Virus record (IMG/VR): IMGVR_UViG_3300028535_000001
From: a virus
Length of the DNA: 64,000 bases
Strand: one strand, 5' to 3'
Below the pieces are notes generated by a model. It searched no databases and was not told the origin of the DNA. It worked only from the letters and a program-made list of their open reading frames with translations. Position numbers and translations under genes: made by a program. Shown piece after piece: positions 45,932 to 56,748 of the stretch (positions within the stretch are counted from its first letter, which is position 1; each line of letters opens with the position of its first letter).

Positions 45932-47449
45932 TTAATAAGTATTTTCACTATCAACAACCTGATTTCCAGGTGATGATATGATTCCTTTATCAACTTCTGT
46001 TTTAATTTGTTTATCTATTTTTTCTATGTCTTGAGCTGATTGTTTTAATATATTTTTTCTAACATATTCAACTGAAAAATATTTTCCAACATAGTCTCTT
46101 ACATCATTTGCTAATGCTACTCTTTCTTTTAACATTTCAGACTGCTTTAATTCTGCAAAGTGACCGTCTTGTAAAAAGTCATAGAATATATTATCTCTAA
46201 TCATTGGCCATTCTTCTTCAGCAATGATTCCTTTTAATACTAATTGTGTTCTTAAAATATCATTAAACAGTTCAATAAATTTCTTTCTTAATCTTTGAAC
46301 AAATTTAGTAAATTTTAATTCGTCTCTTGTTATTTCTGTTGATCTTCCTAAATTAAATCCTGTTGAAGCTTCTAATCTACTTGATGGTACATTCAATGAT
46401 CTATAAAGTTTTGCTCTAAAGTATTCTATGTCTGTAATTTCTCCTAGATTTTGGCCTCCTGGTAATGTAGTAATATCTGTACCTCTACCACCTTCTCTAC
46501 TTGGTAACCAAAAGTCCTCTAACATTGACATATAGTTTCTATCGTCTCTAATTTCACCAGTAGCTGCGTCATATACAAGTTTGTTTCTATATCTTGCCAT
46601 AACGTCTCTTAAATATTGTTCAGCTTTCATTTTAGGCAAATTACCAACATCAATTTTAAATATTCTTCTTTCAGGTGCTCTTGCTATTCTGTAAATAACA
46701 GCAGCGTCTTCAATCATTCTTAATTGATTAACTGGTTTAATTGCTTTATGTAAATATGATAAAACTATATTTTTATTTTGATCTATTAATCCTGACGGAC
46801 AAAATGCGATTGTATCTATTGCTATTTTAATACCTTGTAAACTAGCACCACCTACACCTCTTTCATTATACAAAAAATACTCCATAGTTTCGTCTACTAA
46901 ATTCGTAGCCGATGGAGCAACTCCGTCTGGTCTTCTCTTTCTTACTTCTCTAATCTTTTTAATTTTTCGTGGGTCTATATATTTAAGTTCAGTAATACCC
47001 ATTTTGCCTGTTTCAGTATCTATTATTTTTTGGAAATAAATTCTACCATCAACATACCAACGTCTAAAAAGGTCGTGACCTCTAGTGTTGAATTGCATTA
47101 ATCTTAATATTTCTGAAAATTCTTCCTCTACTCGTCTCTTTACATCACGTCCATAAGGTACACCATCTGTTACTAATCTAACAGCTTGTCTATTTTCATT
47201 TGAAACTATAGCTTCATTGACAATATCCTCAATTGCCATATCACATTCTGGATGTATTGAAATTTCTCTGTATCTTCTTATGAGGTCTGCTTCAGTCTTT
47301 GCGTTACCTTCCATGTCAAGGTGAGACGCAAAATATCCTCCAGCGGCGACAACCTGTGTGCCGTCCTCTGCTTGAGGTGTACTAAAGTTTTGTTTTGGAT
47401 CGGATTTAGGTTTATCTCTGGTAATCTTAAATCCAAAAAATTCTGCCAT
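45932..47449 (-). CDS. 20: Portal protein gp20
   Basis: WYVDGR, YLHKAIKPVNQLRMIED, RAPERR, EDFWLP.REGGRGT. Confidence 0.97.
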   Translation of the reverse strand: MAEFFGFKITRDKPKSDPKQNFSTPQAEDGTQVVAAGGYFASHLDMEGNAKTEADLIRRYREISIHPECDMAIEDIVNEAIVSNENRQAVRLVTDGVPYGRDVKRRVEEEFSEILRLMQFNTRGHDLFRRWYVDGRIYFQKIIDTETGKMGITELKYIDPRKIKKIREVRKRRPDGVAPSATNLVDETMEYFLYNERGVGGASLQGIKIAIDTIAFCPSGLIDQNKNIVLSYLHKAIKPVNQLRMIEDAAVIYRIARAPERRIFKIDVGNLPKMKAEQYLRDVMARYRNKLVYDAATGEIRDDRNYMSMLEDFWLPSREGGRGTDITTLPGGQNLGEITDIEYFRAKLYRSLNVPSSRLEASTGFNLGRSTEITRDELKFTKFVQRLRKKFIELFNDILRTQLVLKGIIAEEEWPMIRDNIFYDFLQDGHFAELKQSEMLKERVALANDVRDYVGKYFSVEYVRKNILKQSAQDIEKIDKQIKTEVDKGIISSPGNQVVDSENTY

Positions 47450-47494
47450 AATTTAACTCCTAGTTGTTTATACGATACTACTTATAATGGTTTT

Positions 47495-47520
47495 AAAAGG
47501 GCGATCCGAAGACCGCCCCC
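47495..47520 (-). terminator. Rho-independent terminator after gene 19
   Basis: GGGCGGTC-TTCG-GATCGCCC-TTTT. Confidence 0.85.
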
Positions 47521-47530
47521 TAATTTTTTA

Positions 47531-48058
47531 TTACGTTGTAGTATTTGTTTCAAAGTATTGATATTCAAACGTAACACCAAAAGTTTCTATTTCTGTTGTT
47601 TCGCCCATACTTAAATCAATACCTGTTATCTCTGTCGGGTATAAACCTCTCAAAGTATATGATTTAACGTTATTACCGTTTCTGTCAAGATGATCTACAA
47701 ATGCGTCAACTTGGTAATCAACTGGATTAGTTAATCCCTCGTTGTCAGTCATATTATTAATACCATTCTGCCATCTTTCAAAAGCATTTCTGATTTTGAA
47801 ATTTGTATCGTTTAGTACCGTAATTGACCATGCCGGAATTGTTCTATCACCTGCTATTTTTATAGCTCTACCTCTAAAAGGAACATTGACGTTTGCAACT
47901 GTCATGCTCGGTATAGATGTAGCTGTACATAAAAACGCTAAGTCTTCTATTTCGCCACCAACTTGTGCGTAACCAGGAAAAGGCATTGTAACCTTAAACT
48001 GATTGGCTCTTGCGCCACCGCCTGCAAGTTTAGCTTTGAAGTCATTAATGTTTGCCAT
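47531..48058 (-). CDS. 19: Tail tube protein gp19
   Basis: GGARANQF, FRGR..KIAGDRT, W.ITVLND, F.VTF.Y. Confidence 0.95.
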   Translation of the reverse strand: MANINDFKAKLAGGGARANQFKVTMPFPGYAQVGGEIEDLAFLCTATSIPSMTVANVNVPFRGRAIKIAGDRTIPAWSITVLNDTNFKIRNAFERWQNGINNMTDNEGLTNPVDYQVDAFVDHLDRNGNNVKSYTLRGLYPTEITGIDLSMGETTEIETFGVTFEYQYFETNTTT

Positions 48059-48081
48059 TTTTTATTTCTCCTTCTCTACTA

Positions 48082-50007
48082 TTAACCGCCTGCGACTTCT
48101 TCAAAAGAAACGCCAGTCCGTGTTGCGATGAATTGTAATGTAATAAAGTTGATACTTCTTGCTGGTTTAATAAATATCTCAGCAATAAATTCATTTCTAT
48201 CAATTACTTCACCTGTGTTATTTGTTTCGTCACATACTACCATAAAGTCTGTGAGACCTCGTCTACCTTGTACTTCTCTTAAAAAAGGTTCTACAATGTT
48301 TCTAAAGTTAGCTCTTGTAAATTCATCATTGAACTCAAAGAGTTGATATTTAGAAGCAGTTGCTATTGCCTTCTCTAAAATAATAAACAATCTTCTAACA
48401 TTGATTCTGTCAAAAGCACTTGGAGCACTTAATCCAGTTTTGTCACCAAAAAGAACTGTGCCTTGTCCTGGGAAAGTTACCACAGGATTAACACGAGCTT
48501 TATATAACTCGTCTCTTTGTGCTTTATTTGGATTGTATGCTAGTTTAACTGCGCCTCTGATAATACCTCTGTTAAGACCTGCCGGTGACCACCAACTATC
48601 TGCGATTATATCGGTTCTAGCCGCTAGACCTGCAATATCTCCATTTAATGGTACATATCTATATACGTCATTATATCTGTCGTACATATACTTGTAACCA
48701 CTATCTAACACAACGTAAGATGAAGAACGGATACCGCTCATAAATGCTAGTACGTTTTGTGTTTGCGTGATTGAAGAAGCAACGTTAGCCACATCTGATC
48801 TCTCTGGAGATACGAATGCGATAGCGTCTTTTCTTTTCTCTGCTATAGAGATTAAGTCGTCAACTTTAGTAGCGTCACATTTACCGCCCATGATTAAACC
48901 AACGTCCACAGTTTCAGAATCTTCAAACATTTCGTATGCTGTTTTGATTTGACCTGTAGAAGCGGCTGAACCGTCAGCGCCTGCTTGTAGACTGTCAGAT
49001 TTTGGTGTATCAATAGCTGCGAAAGTAATTCCACTAGCTGCTGTTCCAAAATTTGATCCAGAAGCATGGTGATCCATCCAATAGATATAACTTGATCTAT
49101 TGAAAACTACGTTTGAGTAATAATTTGAATCTCCTTGTGGTGTTTTTGCGTCTGAAGCTTTTGATACTTTATCATAAACTTCTAACACTTCACCACGTGT
49201 TCCTGTTATGTCGCCATCTTCGTCTACCACGACCACGTGCATTTCATCGTTAGTAGCTGCTTTTGAAGTTGCAAATGGAGATGTTCCAGGAGCACTTGAC
49301 ACCATGTCATAGTATTCCCAAAGTCTCTTTACGTTTGCACCATTAGCTGGAACTATATGTAATCCACCTTGACCTGTGTCTGCTCTTGTAAATGTAATAT
49401 CGTTTGTTGCGATACTTGTTATTTTATATTTGTAACCATCATAATCTGAACCTGCAGCTGTTTTAGAAAACTCAACTATGTCTCCTACGTTAAAGCCTGT
49501 TCCAGATGTTAATGTTACTGTCGTATGACCAACAGCCATAGCTGCGTCAGCGAGTGTTGTTTTAGCGTTTTCTTGGAAACCTGTTGCGCTGTGACATACA
49601 GAAACTTTTAAGGTATTACCCCAAGCTCCTGCTGTTCTAGACGCCCATTCTCCAACTGTAGCCGCTCCACCAGAATAGTTATCCTGATAGTCTTGTGTGT
49701 TCTTTACTACAAACAAACTACCTGAAACGGTAGCGTTTGCTAAACCAGTATTTTGTGCTCGTACAACTCTTAATGCGTTAGAGTAAGATAAAAAGTTTGC
49801 AGCTGTAAAAAAAGATTCAAAATTATTTGAATCCGGTTTGCCGAAAACTGTTACTAACTCTTGCTCACTAGAGATTGATGTAACCTCATCTAAAGGACCT
49901 TTTCTGAACTCGCCAGCAAAGGCACCAATTGATGTTGATACAGCGGGAATGATTCTTGTTAAATCTTTCTCCTGAACGAGAACGCCTGGTGATACTTGAA
50001 ATGCCAT
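48082..50007 (-). CDS. 18: Tail sheath protein gp18
   Basis: SPGV...EKDLT, WSPAG.NRG, FDRINVRRLF, FEFND, IKPARSINFI. Confidence 0.97.
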   Translation of the reverse strand: MAFQVSPGVLVQEKDLTRIIPAVSTSIGAFAGEFRKGPLDEVTSISSEQELVTVFGKPDSNNFESFFTAANFLSYSNALRVVRAQNTGLANATVSGSLFVVKNTQDYQDNYSGGAATVGEWASRTAGAWGNTLKVSVCHSATGFQENAKTTLADAAMAVGHTTVTLTSGTGFNVGDIVEFSKTAAGSDYDGYKYKITSIATNDITFTRADTGQGGLHIVPANGANVKRLWEYYDMVSSAPGTSPFATSKAATNDEMHVVVVDEDGDITGTRGEVLEVYDKVSKASDAKTPQGDSNYYSNVVFNRSSYIYWMDHHASGSNFGTAASGITFAAIDTPKSDSLQAGADGSAASTGQIKTAYEMFEDSETVDVGLIMGGKCDATKVDDLISIAEKRKDAIAFVSPERSDVANVASSITQTQNVLAFMSGIRSSSYVVLDSGYKYMYDRYNDVYRYVPLNGDIAGLAARTDIIADSWWSPAGLNRGIIRGAVKLAYNPNKAQRDELYKARVNPVVTFPGQGTVLFGDKTGLSAPSAFDRINVRRLFIILEKAIATASKYQLFEFNDEFTRANFRNIVEPFLREVQGRRGLTDFMVVCDETNNTGEVIDRNEFIAEIFIKPARSINFITLQFIATRTGVSFEEVAGG

Positions 50008-50126
50008 AGGTTATTCTCCTCTTAATTAGCTAATTATTAATTGTATATTTCACAAATCGTAAGTTTTCTTACGCCCATATTTAAACGTATCAGTTAAAGG
50101 TATTTATAAATGTTGGATATTGTAGA

Positions 50127-51761
50127 CTATTGACCTTTTCTTGTTGCCGGAAACCACCTGGTACCATATTCATCAACAGCTTCCTCATCTTCCTCTGGAT
50201 CGTGAACACCATCGTCTACAAAACCAAACGGTGCCATGTCTTGCTCTATCAAATTCTTTTGTTCCTCGTACATTTTTAAACGAGCATTAGTATTAGACAA
50301 TTCTTTAAAGAAAGGTTGATTAGATAACCAACCAAATATGACTAAACACATCATTAAATCATCATTTGATCCATCTTCAGCCTGCCAACTTTGGCCTCTT
50401 TTAGTAAAGGTTGACATCTCCTGTATAATATGCCAATCATTTATTATAAGTTTATCTCCTTCAACTATAGTTTTTAAATTAGAACAACCAACTCTTTTTA
50501 TCATTTTTGTCATACGAACACCCATAGATGAACCACGACCACTAAACATTGCACCTAATATTTGACCAGCACGACCTTTTTGAGTAGTCATTAATATATT
50601 AGGATATTCAATCTCAAACTGTAAAGCCTCTGCTACTTGCTGACCTATATCATTAACCTCTGTTAATATATGTGCATGATTATATGCTAAACATACTCTG
50701 TTAATTATATTAGGAAATACAAAGGGTTTAATTTCGTTACTTCTATATTTGGCCACAACTTTGTAAGGCATTTTAGACACATCAAATACCAGAAAGGCAG
50801 AATAATCTTTATCAACACCTCTTGAAACGTCCACTGTACAGACATAAGTATGTCCTTCTATTTTATCTTCGTATATATCAACACCTTGAGCCGATTTTAT
50901 AGGATTTATAATAGGTATTTGTTTAATTTTTGTAGCTGATATTAAAGTATTTACAGAACCTAAAAACTCACACTCAAACTCTTGTTGAAATTGTTCCTCA
51001 CTTGTATTACGTATAGTTTGTTCTTTCCATTTTTCATCACGTCCTGGTACTTCACTCCAATGTACTTCAATAGGTATATAATCATTTTTTTTGGTTTGAG
51101 AATCCATCCAAAGTTTATAAAACATATTCATACCATAAGGTGTAGATACTATAACCATTTTAGTTTTTGTACCAGCAGATATTGTAGGATAAACTGAACT
51201 AAAAAACAATTCAGCAATATTAGTAGGTACGAAAGCAAACTCGTCAAGAAATATTATATTATATGAACCACCTCTTATAGCACTTGAAGATGTAGCAGCT
51301 GCCACAATAACTGATTTATTTTCTAATTCTATATTACCTTTGTTCCAATTAATTACACCTTGTTGTAACCACTTTGGTAAATTTTCATATGCTAATTGTA
51401 CTCTACTTAAAATATCTCTAGCAGTAGAGGACTTATTGGCAAGTATGGCAATATTACTGTTTGGATTAAATAATGCAAAGTGTAAAAGATATGATACTGT
51501 TGTTGTGGATTTTCCTGATTGTCTTGGTAGTTTACAGATTGTAAATCTATTATCATGTATCGTATTTACTATTGTCTTTTGAAAATCATACATCTTAAAA
51601 GGTATTAAACCCTCGTCAAGTGATACAATCTGGATATAATTTTCCATAAAGTAAATAGGGTTCTCAGCACACTTTTGATATTCTAATATTTGTTCTTTAC
51701 TAAAATGTTGTGGTGTATTAATCTTTTTTAAATTCGGGTTTCCTAAATATGCTTCACTCAT
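50127..51761 (-). CDS. 17: Terminase large subunit gp17
   Basis: PRQSGKST, IFLDEFAF, STPYG, DVSRG..DYS, DDL.M. Confidence 0.97.
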   Translation of the reverse strand: MSEAYLGNPNLKKINTPQHFSKEQILEYQKCAENPIYFMENYIQIVSLDEGLIPFKMYDFQKTIVNTIHDNRFTICKLPRQSGKSTTTVSYLLHFALFNPNSNIAILANKSSTARDILSRVQLAYENLPKWLQQGVINWNKGNIELENKSVIVAAATSSSAIRGGSYNIIFLDEFAFVPTNIAELFFSSVYPTISAGTKTKMVIVSTPYGMNMFYKLWMDSQTKKNDYIPIEVHWSEVPGRDEKWKEQTIRNTSEEQFQQEFECEFLGSVNTLISATKIKQIPIINPIKSAQGVDIYEDKIEGHTYVCTVDVSRGVDKDYSAFLVFDVSKMPYKVVAKYRSNEIKPFVFPNIINRVCLAYNHAHILTEVNDIGQQVAEALQFEIEYPNILMTTQKGRAGQILGAMFSGRGSSMGVRMTKMIKRVGCSNLKTIVEGDKLIINDWHIIQEMSTFTKRGQSWQAEDGSNDDLMMCLVIFGWLSNQPFFKELSNTNARLKMYEEQKNLIEQDMAPFGFVDDGVHDPEEDEEAVDEYGTRWFPATRKGQ

Positions 51762-52044
51762 TTATTACTATTGCCTCTATGTGTGTGTAACCTAATTTTA
51801 AGGCAGCTTTTAATCTTTGGTTGCCTTTATGTACACTCCACTTTTTCTCCATATATATTTTTCCATTAACTCCATATCTAATATTCTCACTTATTTTATG
51901 TGTGTAAACCTCTATCGGTTTAATCAATTCTTGTCCATCTAATAATTCTTTTAACGGTACGCCGTAGGTTTTAAGATAAGTTATATCACTTATCGGTATT
52001 ATCCTTTTGTTCGGGTGTAACGTTTTTGCTTTCAATATTCTCAT
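51754..52044 (-). CDS. Small ParB-like hypothetical protein between the terminase genes
   Basis: PIEV...KGNQRLKAALKLG. Confidence 0.5.
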   Translation of the reverse strand: MRILKAKTLHPNKRIIPISDITYLKTYGVPLKELLDGQELIKPIEVYTHKISENIRYGVNGKIYMEKKWSVHKGNQRLKAALKLGYTHIEAIVINE

Positions 52045-52465
52045 CTTCTTGTTTTCTATTTAACATCTTTTGTAACTCAGCAGTTGATCCAATAAAAAGA
52101 GCATTCTTAACATTTGTACTTGCAATCTTTGGTACTTCTTTTAATTCTTTTAATTTCTTTTGTAAGTCTTGTAATTTATCAACTGTAGTTGCAACTTGTC
52201 CTAATAATTGTCCTGCAACTTCATATGCTCTAGGGTGTTGACCTTCCTTTGCAATTTCTAATATACCATCAATAGCTTCATTACCTTTATCAATTAAATG
52301 GAAATAGTTATCTCTACTATATTTGTAATCGTTATCTACGTCTGTCTTATCTTTATCTTCAACTCTAGGAACTAGAGGTTTAAATTCTTTTTTTTCTACC
52401 ACAGCGTTTTCAGTTGCAGTCTCAATACCTAAAATTTCATTTACTTTGTCTTCTATATTGTTCAT
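51986..52465 (-). CDS. 16: Terminase small subunit gp16
   Basis: DY.YSR, HPRAYEVAGQL, NALFIGST.ELQK. Confidence 0.92.
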   Translation of the reverse strand: MNNIEDKVNEILGIETATENAVVEKKEFKPLVPRVEDKDKTDVDNDYKYSRDNYFHLIDKGNEAIDGILEIAKEGQHPRAYEVAGQLLGQVATTVDKLQDLQKKLKELKEVPKIASTNVKNALFIGSTAELQKMLNRKQEDENIESKNVTPEQKDNTDK

Positions 52466-52632
52466 TATAATACTTTACCTTTATTAGGTCCTACTTTAAT
52501 TCTATATTTTTGTGTACCTGTTGCACCAATATTAACTTCTTTTCTCATACTTTTAGTTAATTCTAAAGTTTTTTTTTCTCTATTATTTTTAGCAGTATGT
52601 TCATTCAGTTGTCTATGTCTATCTCTTTCCAT
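52465..52632 (-). CDS. 55-aa basic protein
   Basis: Hand-translated MERDRHRQLNEH...GPNKGKVL; TAATG overlaps on both sides. Confidence 0.65.
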   Translation of the reverse strand: MERDRHRQLNEHTAKNNREKKTLELTKSMRKEVNIGATGTQKYRIKVGPNKGKVL

Positions 52633-53582
52633 TACTCATCTTGTCCAGTTTTTGGGTTATATTTTTTACCATCGGTATAATTACTTATAGTTGTTGTAAA
52701 TCCAAAATCATCATCAGCGTCAGCTGTTATTGGATCAGGCACAACTATTATTCTTTCTTCACGTGAAGCAGTATCCCAATTTGAAGATGTATATAATTCT
52801 GATTGTACTTTTTTGATAACACCTTGATTAGAAGTAGGACCAAATAAGTATGTCTTCGCTGTAAAATTCATTGTATATATTACTGCTCTTCTATTTGTAA
52901 AAGCACCATCATAACTATCTTCATAATTAATAGTGTTAAGAATAATTGGTACGTCTCTTTTTATATTCATTTCAGGTAAAACATTTACTGTAACCGTATA
53001 ATCTGGTTGAAAGAAAGGTAAAATTTGTTCTACAATTTGTAAACCATTTTCAGCAGTTGCTGTAAAGGCATAAACATTTAAACTTATGTTATATGGTACA
53101 GGTGTATAGTTAAAACTATTTTTTGCTCCTGAAGAAGTTAAACCACTAGAATCTGTTTCATGTAATATATATTCTGCATGACCTGTAGTAGCATTTGCTT
53201 TTTCATTTATAATAAGACCACTCTCATCTTCCATTTGTACTCTATCTAATAAAGCGGCTGATTGTGATCTAGATAAATCTACTTTTGTTTTTCTAAATTT
53301 ATGAACTCTTGTTAACTTTCTACTAGGATCATATTGTAATCCTGATATTTCAAATCCTATTCTTGGTAAAGTTATTGCAAATGATCTATCAGTTAAATCT
53401 GGTTGTTGTTCTAAACGAACTAAAAACTTTTCTTTAGGTGCATATGCTAAAGGAACTTTTATTCTTTTTGTAACAGCGCCTGTTGTTCTATTGACATTTT
53501 CTATAACAATGTTATTGAATAATTGTCCAAATGCAATTATAATCTTTCTTAATCCTTCATTGTAAAATGGTGTTCCAAACAT
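52632..53582 (-). CDS. 15: Tail sheath stabiliser gp15
   Basis: FGQLFN.I, VPLAYAPKEKF, TLPR..FE, QIVEQILPFFQP. Confidence 0.93.
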   Translation of the reverse strand: MFGTPFYNEGLRKIIIAFGQLFNNIVIENVNRTTGAVTKRIKVPLAYAPKEKFLVRLEQQPDLTDRSFAITLPRIGFEISGLQYDPSRKLTRVHKFRKTKVDLSRSQSAALLDRVQMEDESGLIINEKANATTGHAEYILHETDSSGLTSSGAKNSFNYTPVPYNISLNVYAFTATAENGLQIVEQILPFFQPDYTVTVNVLPEMNIKRDVPIILNTINYEDSYDGAFTNRRAVIYTMNFTAKTYLFGPTSNQGVIKKVQSELYTSSNWDTASREERIIVVPDPITADADDDFGFTTTISNYTDGKKYNPKTGQDE

Positions 53583-54388
53583 TATTGATCTACCTCTCCA
53601 AATGGATTTCTTTCAGTGAAATCTAATACATCATCTGTTACGGATTCTGTATCAAAACCGGCTGCCGTATCTAAATCTAAATTTTGTGCATAATCAGATT
53701 GAGTTTGTACAGTTGTTTTTGTTGCGTCATAACTTTCATTAATTAAGAAATTAGCATTACCAGATTTAGTGTCATCTTGTTCTAATTGTACTGTACCTTT
53801 TTCATCTTCTAAAGTAAATCTATCTACTAATAAGTTTACAGAATATTTAGCTTCTTTAGCGTCAATACCTGCAACGCCAGTAGCAATTGTTTCGTTTGCA
53901 TATTCCCAACGTGTAACTCTTAATTTATAAACAGGTAAATTACCTAATTGAAAGAAAGGTTCCTGATCTTCTACAAATTGAATTTCAAAGAAACTATTCA
54001 TCAAAGGAAAGAATAAAATATCTCCTTCGTTAGGTCTACCTGGTACTTCTAAATTTGTTTTTACGTTTACTTTATTATGGAATCTTCTTTTAGAAACCAT
54101 TAGAGTTGTATCTTCTCTAATTTCTAATCCAAATTTACTAATTAATTCTTGTTGACCTGCAAATCCTTCAGTACTTTCAAAATACATTTCAATAGGAAAA
54201 GCATTTTTAAATTTACTATTAACATCTTCACCTAAAACCAAAGATTGATTTACAATACTTCTTGGCATATAGTAAATTAAATTACCATATATTTTTAATC
54301 CTTCTATGATTAAATCTTCGTAAAGATATTTTTCGGATGCATTCCCAATACCATCGCCTGACTGAAAATATGGATTCATTACTACCAT
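53582..54388 (-). CDS. 14: Neck protein gp14
   Basis: YYMPR, SKFGLEIR, RPNEGD..FFP, PFFQLG, FTERNPFG. Confidence 0.93.
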   Translation of the reverse strand: MVVMNPYFQSGDGIGNASEKYLYEDLIIEGLKIYGNLIYYMPRSIVNQSLVLGEDVNSKFKNAFPIEMYFESTEGFAGQQELISKFGLEIREDTTLMVSKRRFHNKVNVKTNLEVPGRPNEGDILFFPLMNSFFEIQFVEDQEPFFQLGNLPVYKLRVTRWEYANETIATGVAGIDAKEAKYSVNLLVDRFTLEDEKGTVQLEQDDTKSGNANFLINESYDATKTTVQTQSDYAQNLDLDTAAGFDTESVTDDVLDFTERNPFGEVDQ

Positions 54389-54394
54389 AGTTGT

Positions 54395-55207
54395 TTACCC
54401 TATCAGAAAGTTATGAGGCTCTTCAAATGTTGTTCTAATTTCTGTTTCTAATTTTTCTATATCTGTTAGTGATTCGGAGTATAATTGACCTCCGTTAAGT
54501 GATACTCCACCTATCATAGCAACGCCATTAAATTTAGATAAGTTTGCTCCCCATTGTTTTTTAAACAAAGCAGTTACATATCTTTTTAACCATTGATCGT
54601 TATATATATCGGTATTAGTTGCTGGATCTAATTTTCTAAAACAATCTATAACTAAATGTTCACCGACTCTTAAATCTTCTTTCCAATCCATATCAACAAA
54701 TAATTTGTTATCATTTTGATTAAATCTTAAAGGTTTTTCACCTACTAAAATATGATCTAAAAAATCTAAATGTCTTAATACAACATCATAGTTAACTACC
54801 GATGTTGAAGAAAAATCATACAAATCATTTAATCTCATTTGGTATCTTACATCAAATAAATTTAAACTTCCTTTACTTGAAAATGGAAAAATATTTGTAA
54901 CCGAAATAACTGTTTCAGGAACAATTATATAATTTTGATTTTCTTTCCAAGTATTTGTAATACCAGTTTTAGTTATTGATTCTGAAACATCTCCATTTGT
55001 TACAATTCTATCGTAATCTGTTTGTGTGTATTCGTATTTTAGATAACATCTTCTTATTGCATTCATATGAAATTGAGAATAGTATTGCATAGCTTCATCT
55101 ATTCTATCCTGCAATTGATCTTCATCAACGTTAATCTCTATAACTGGTTGACCTAATGATCTTAAAGCGTAATCTTTTAATTGTTCTCTTGTTGCTGGTG
55201 TTGCCAT
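54395..55207 (-). CDS. 13: Neck protein gp13
   Basis: LR.LG.PVIEINV, WLKRY.TAL.K.QWG.NL.KF, GGV.LNG. Confidence 0.93.
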   Translation of the reverse strand: MATPATREQLKDYALRSLGQPVIEINVDEDQLQDRIDEAMQYYSQFHMNAIRRCYLKYEYTQTDYDRIVTNGDVSESITKTGITNTWKENQNYIIVPETVISVTNIFPFSSKGSLNLFDVRYQMRLNDLYDFSSTSVVNYDVVLRHLDFLDHILVGEKPLRFNQNDNKLFVDMDWKEDLRVGEHLVIDCFRKLDPATNTDIYNDQWLKRYVTALFKKQWGANLSKFNGVAMIGGVSLNGGQLYSESLTDIEKLETEIRTTFEEPHNFLIG

Positions 55208-55225
55208 GTTTATATTTATCCTTAA

Positions 55226-55615
55226 TTAACTTGTTGTACCATACATAGTTTTTAATACATTACCACTTGAATCTTTAATCTGAATACTTGTTGAATTGGT
55301 AACTCCACTACTTAATGTTAGAGAACCTGTTATTGAAACATTACCACTTGATATTATTTTTAAATCTGTACCATCGCCATAGATATGTTCACCAGCGTCA
55401 CCAAATATTACTTTAATATTATTGTTTAATGTATTATCTGAAGCTGCTTCCAAGGTTCCTTTTGAACCTGAATAACCTATAAATCCTTGCGATCCTGTAA
55501 AACCACCTGTTAGTGGTTGTAAAGCCCACGCCTCACCATTCCATTTCCAAGTACGAGTACCTAGATTGTATGTATCATTGAGCGACGGACCACTCGGAAA
55601 ATTTATGCTTGGCAT
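55226..55615 (-). CDS. Short fibre-like protein, paralogue of 56749..57600
   Basis: Shared INFP..PSLND.Y.LGTR.WKWNG..WALQPLT.GFTGS N-terminus and IK.SSG...KT..G C-terminus. Confidence 0.7.
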   Translation of the reverse strand: MPSINFPSGPSLNDTYNLGTRTWKWNGEAWALQPLTGGFTGSQGFIGYSGSKGTLEAASDNTLNNNIKVIFGDAGEHIYGDGTDLKIISSGNVSITGSLTLSSGVTNSTSIQIKDSSGNVLKTMYGTTS

Positions 55616-55687
55616 TTTCTATCCTTTAATTGTTCTCTCACCATATTTATAATATTTATACAATGCTTAAGTAAGCTATTTTCCAAT

Positions 55688-55719
55688 AAAAAACCCCCGG
55701 AACCGAAGTGCCGGGGGTT
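55688..55719 (-). terminator. Rho-independent terminator
   Basis: CCCCCGGCAC-TTCG-GTTCCGGGGG followed by a T-run. Confidence 0.85.
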
Positions 55720-55752
55720 AATTTCGTTTAGTTAATTACTAGCGTATTTAGA

Positions 55753-56685
55753 TTATGCTTTTACAATCTTTAATACGTGAGTTGCCGCTGTGGATGTTGA
55801 TCCTCCAGGGAACTCCTGAGCTCTGTAATCATCGCCTCCAACTTGATTAGTTGCGTAAGTAGCACCATCTAGTATAGTATTAGCCATACCTGATCCTCTT
55901 GTCGTTCCTGATCCGTTGAAATTATATCTAATAGTATATCCGTCTCCTGAACTAGCAGCTGTATACTTAATCCAAGCTTGACAAAGTGTGTCAAAACTTG
56001 CACCAGTTTCCTGTAGATCATTTGATCCGTCTATATTTAAAAGACTTGCGTATGAAGACGTAGCACCATTTACTCTTTGTAAATAGTAACTAGTAATCGT
56101 TGTAGGGTTATCAAGTGCGTGTGATCCAATCGTACCAGCAGCATAAGAGCCTGTGTTGGCTCTTGTGTCTACAAATATCGGCGTGGATGCTCCACTAACT
56201 TCAGTGGCACCAGCAACAGAAGCAGCAGTTGATACAAAATATGTACCCCCTTGTTGCGTTGTTGTAGTACTTGCTGTAAGTAGATCAATAGCAGGATGTA
56301 AGAACGTATCCTTAATATCTGCTAAAGGCATTGCTTGAACTTCTCCACCACTTGTGTAGTAAATTGGCCAAGTTTTGCCTGAGTCAGCTGTCGGCGAACC
56401 GGGAGTGACTGTTTCTTCTACTTTGTCATAGTTAACTGTAACTGTTTGTGGGTCTTGTGTTGTTCCTTGACTAGGAAAAGAGGACGCATGAGTCGAATGC
56501 GTTCCTGCTTGTAGTCTAGTATCACTTATTGCTCCTAAACTACCACCACTACCTTGAACAGACAGAACAACTGACGGACTTTGAGAATATTGATAAACAA
56601 TATTATCAACGACAGCGTCAATCTGAGCTGAAGTCATTTCAATTAAATTTCCCCCACTGTATATTAATGGGTTTCGTGTAGCCAT
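55753..56685 (-). CDS. Putative virion structural protein (Gly/Ser/Thr-rich)
   Basis: Composition and location in the fibre cluster. Confidence 0.6.
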   Translation of the reverse strand: MATRNPLIYSGGNLIEMTSAQIDAVVDNIVYQYSQSPSVVLSVQGSGGSLGAISDTRLQAGTHSTHASSFPSQGTTQDPQTVTVNYDKVEETVTPGSPTADSGKTWPIYYTSGGEVQAMPLADIKDTFLHPAIDLLTASTTTTQQGGTYFVSTAASVAGATEVSGASTPIFVDTRANTGSYAAGTIGSHALDNPTTITSYYLQRVNGATSSYASLLNIDGSNDLQETGASFDTLCQAWIKYTAASSGDGYTIRYNFNGSGTTRGSGMANTILDGATYATNQVGGDDYRAQEFPGGSTSTAATHVLKIVKA

Positions 56686-56748
56686 ATTCTATTTTCTCCT
56701 TCTTTTTTCTGTTAAAGATAATTATTATTACGTAACTATCTGCTACTA

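Noticed and set aside
9172-51761. Inteins, introns or stop-codon recoding in core genes
   Set aside because: gp41, gp43, gp46, gp17, gp20 and gp23 are of ordinary length and uninterrupted in the standard code.
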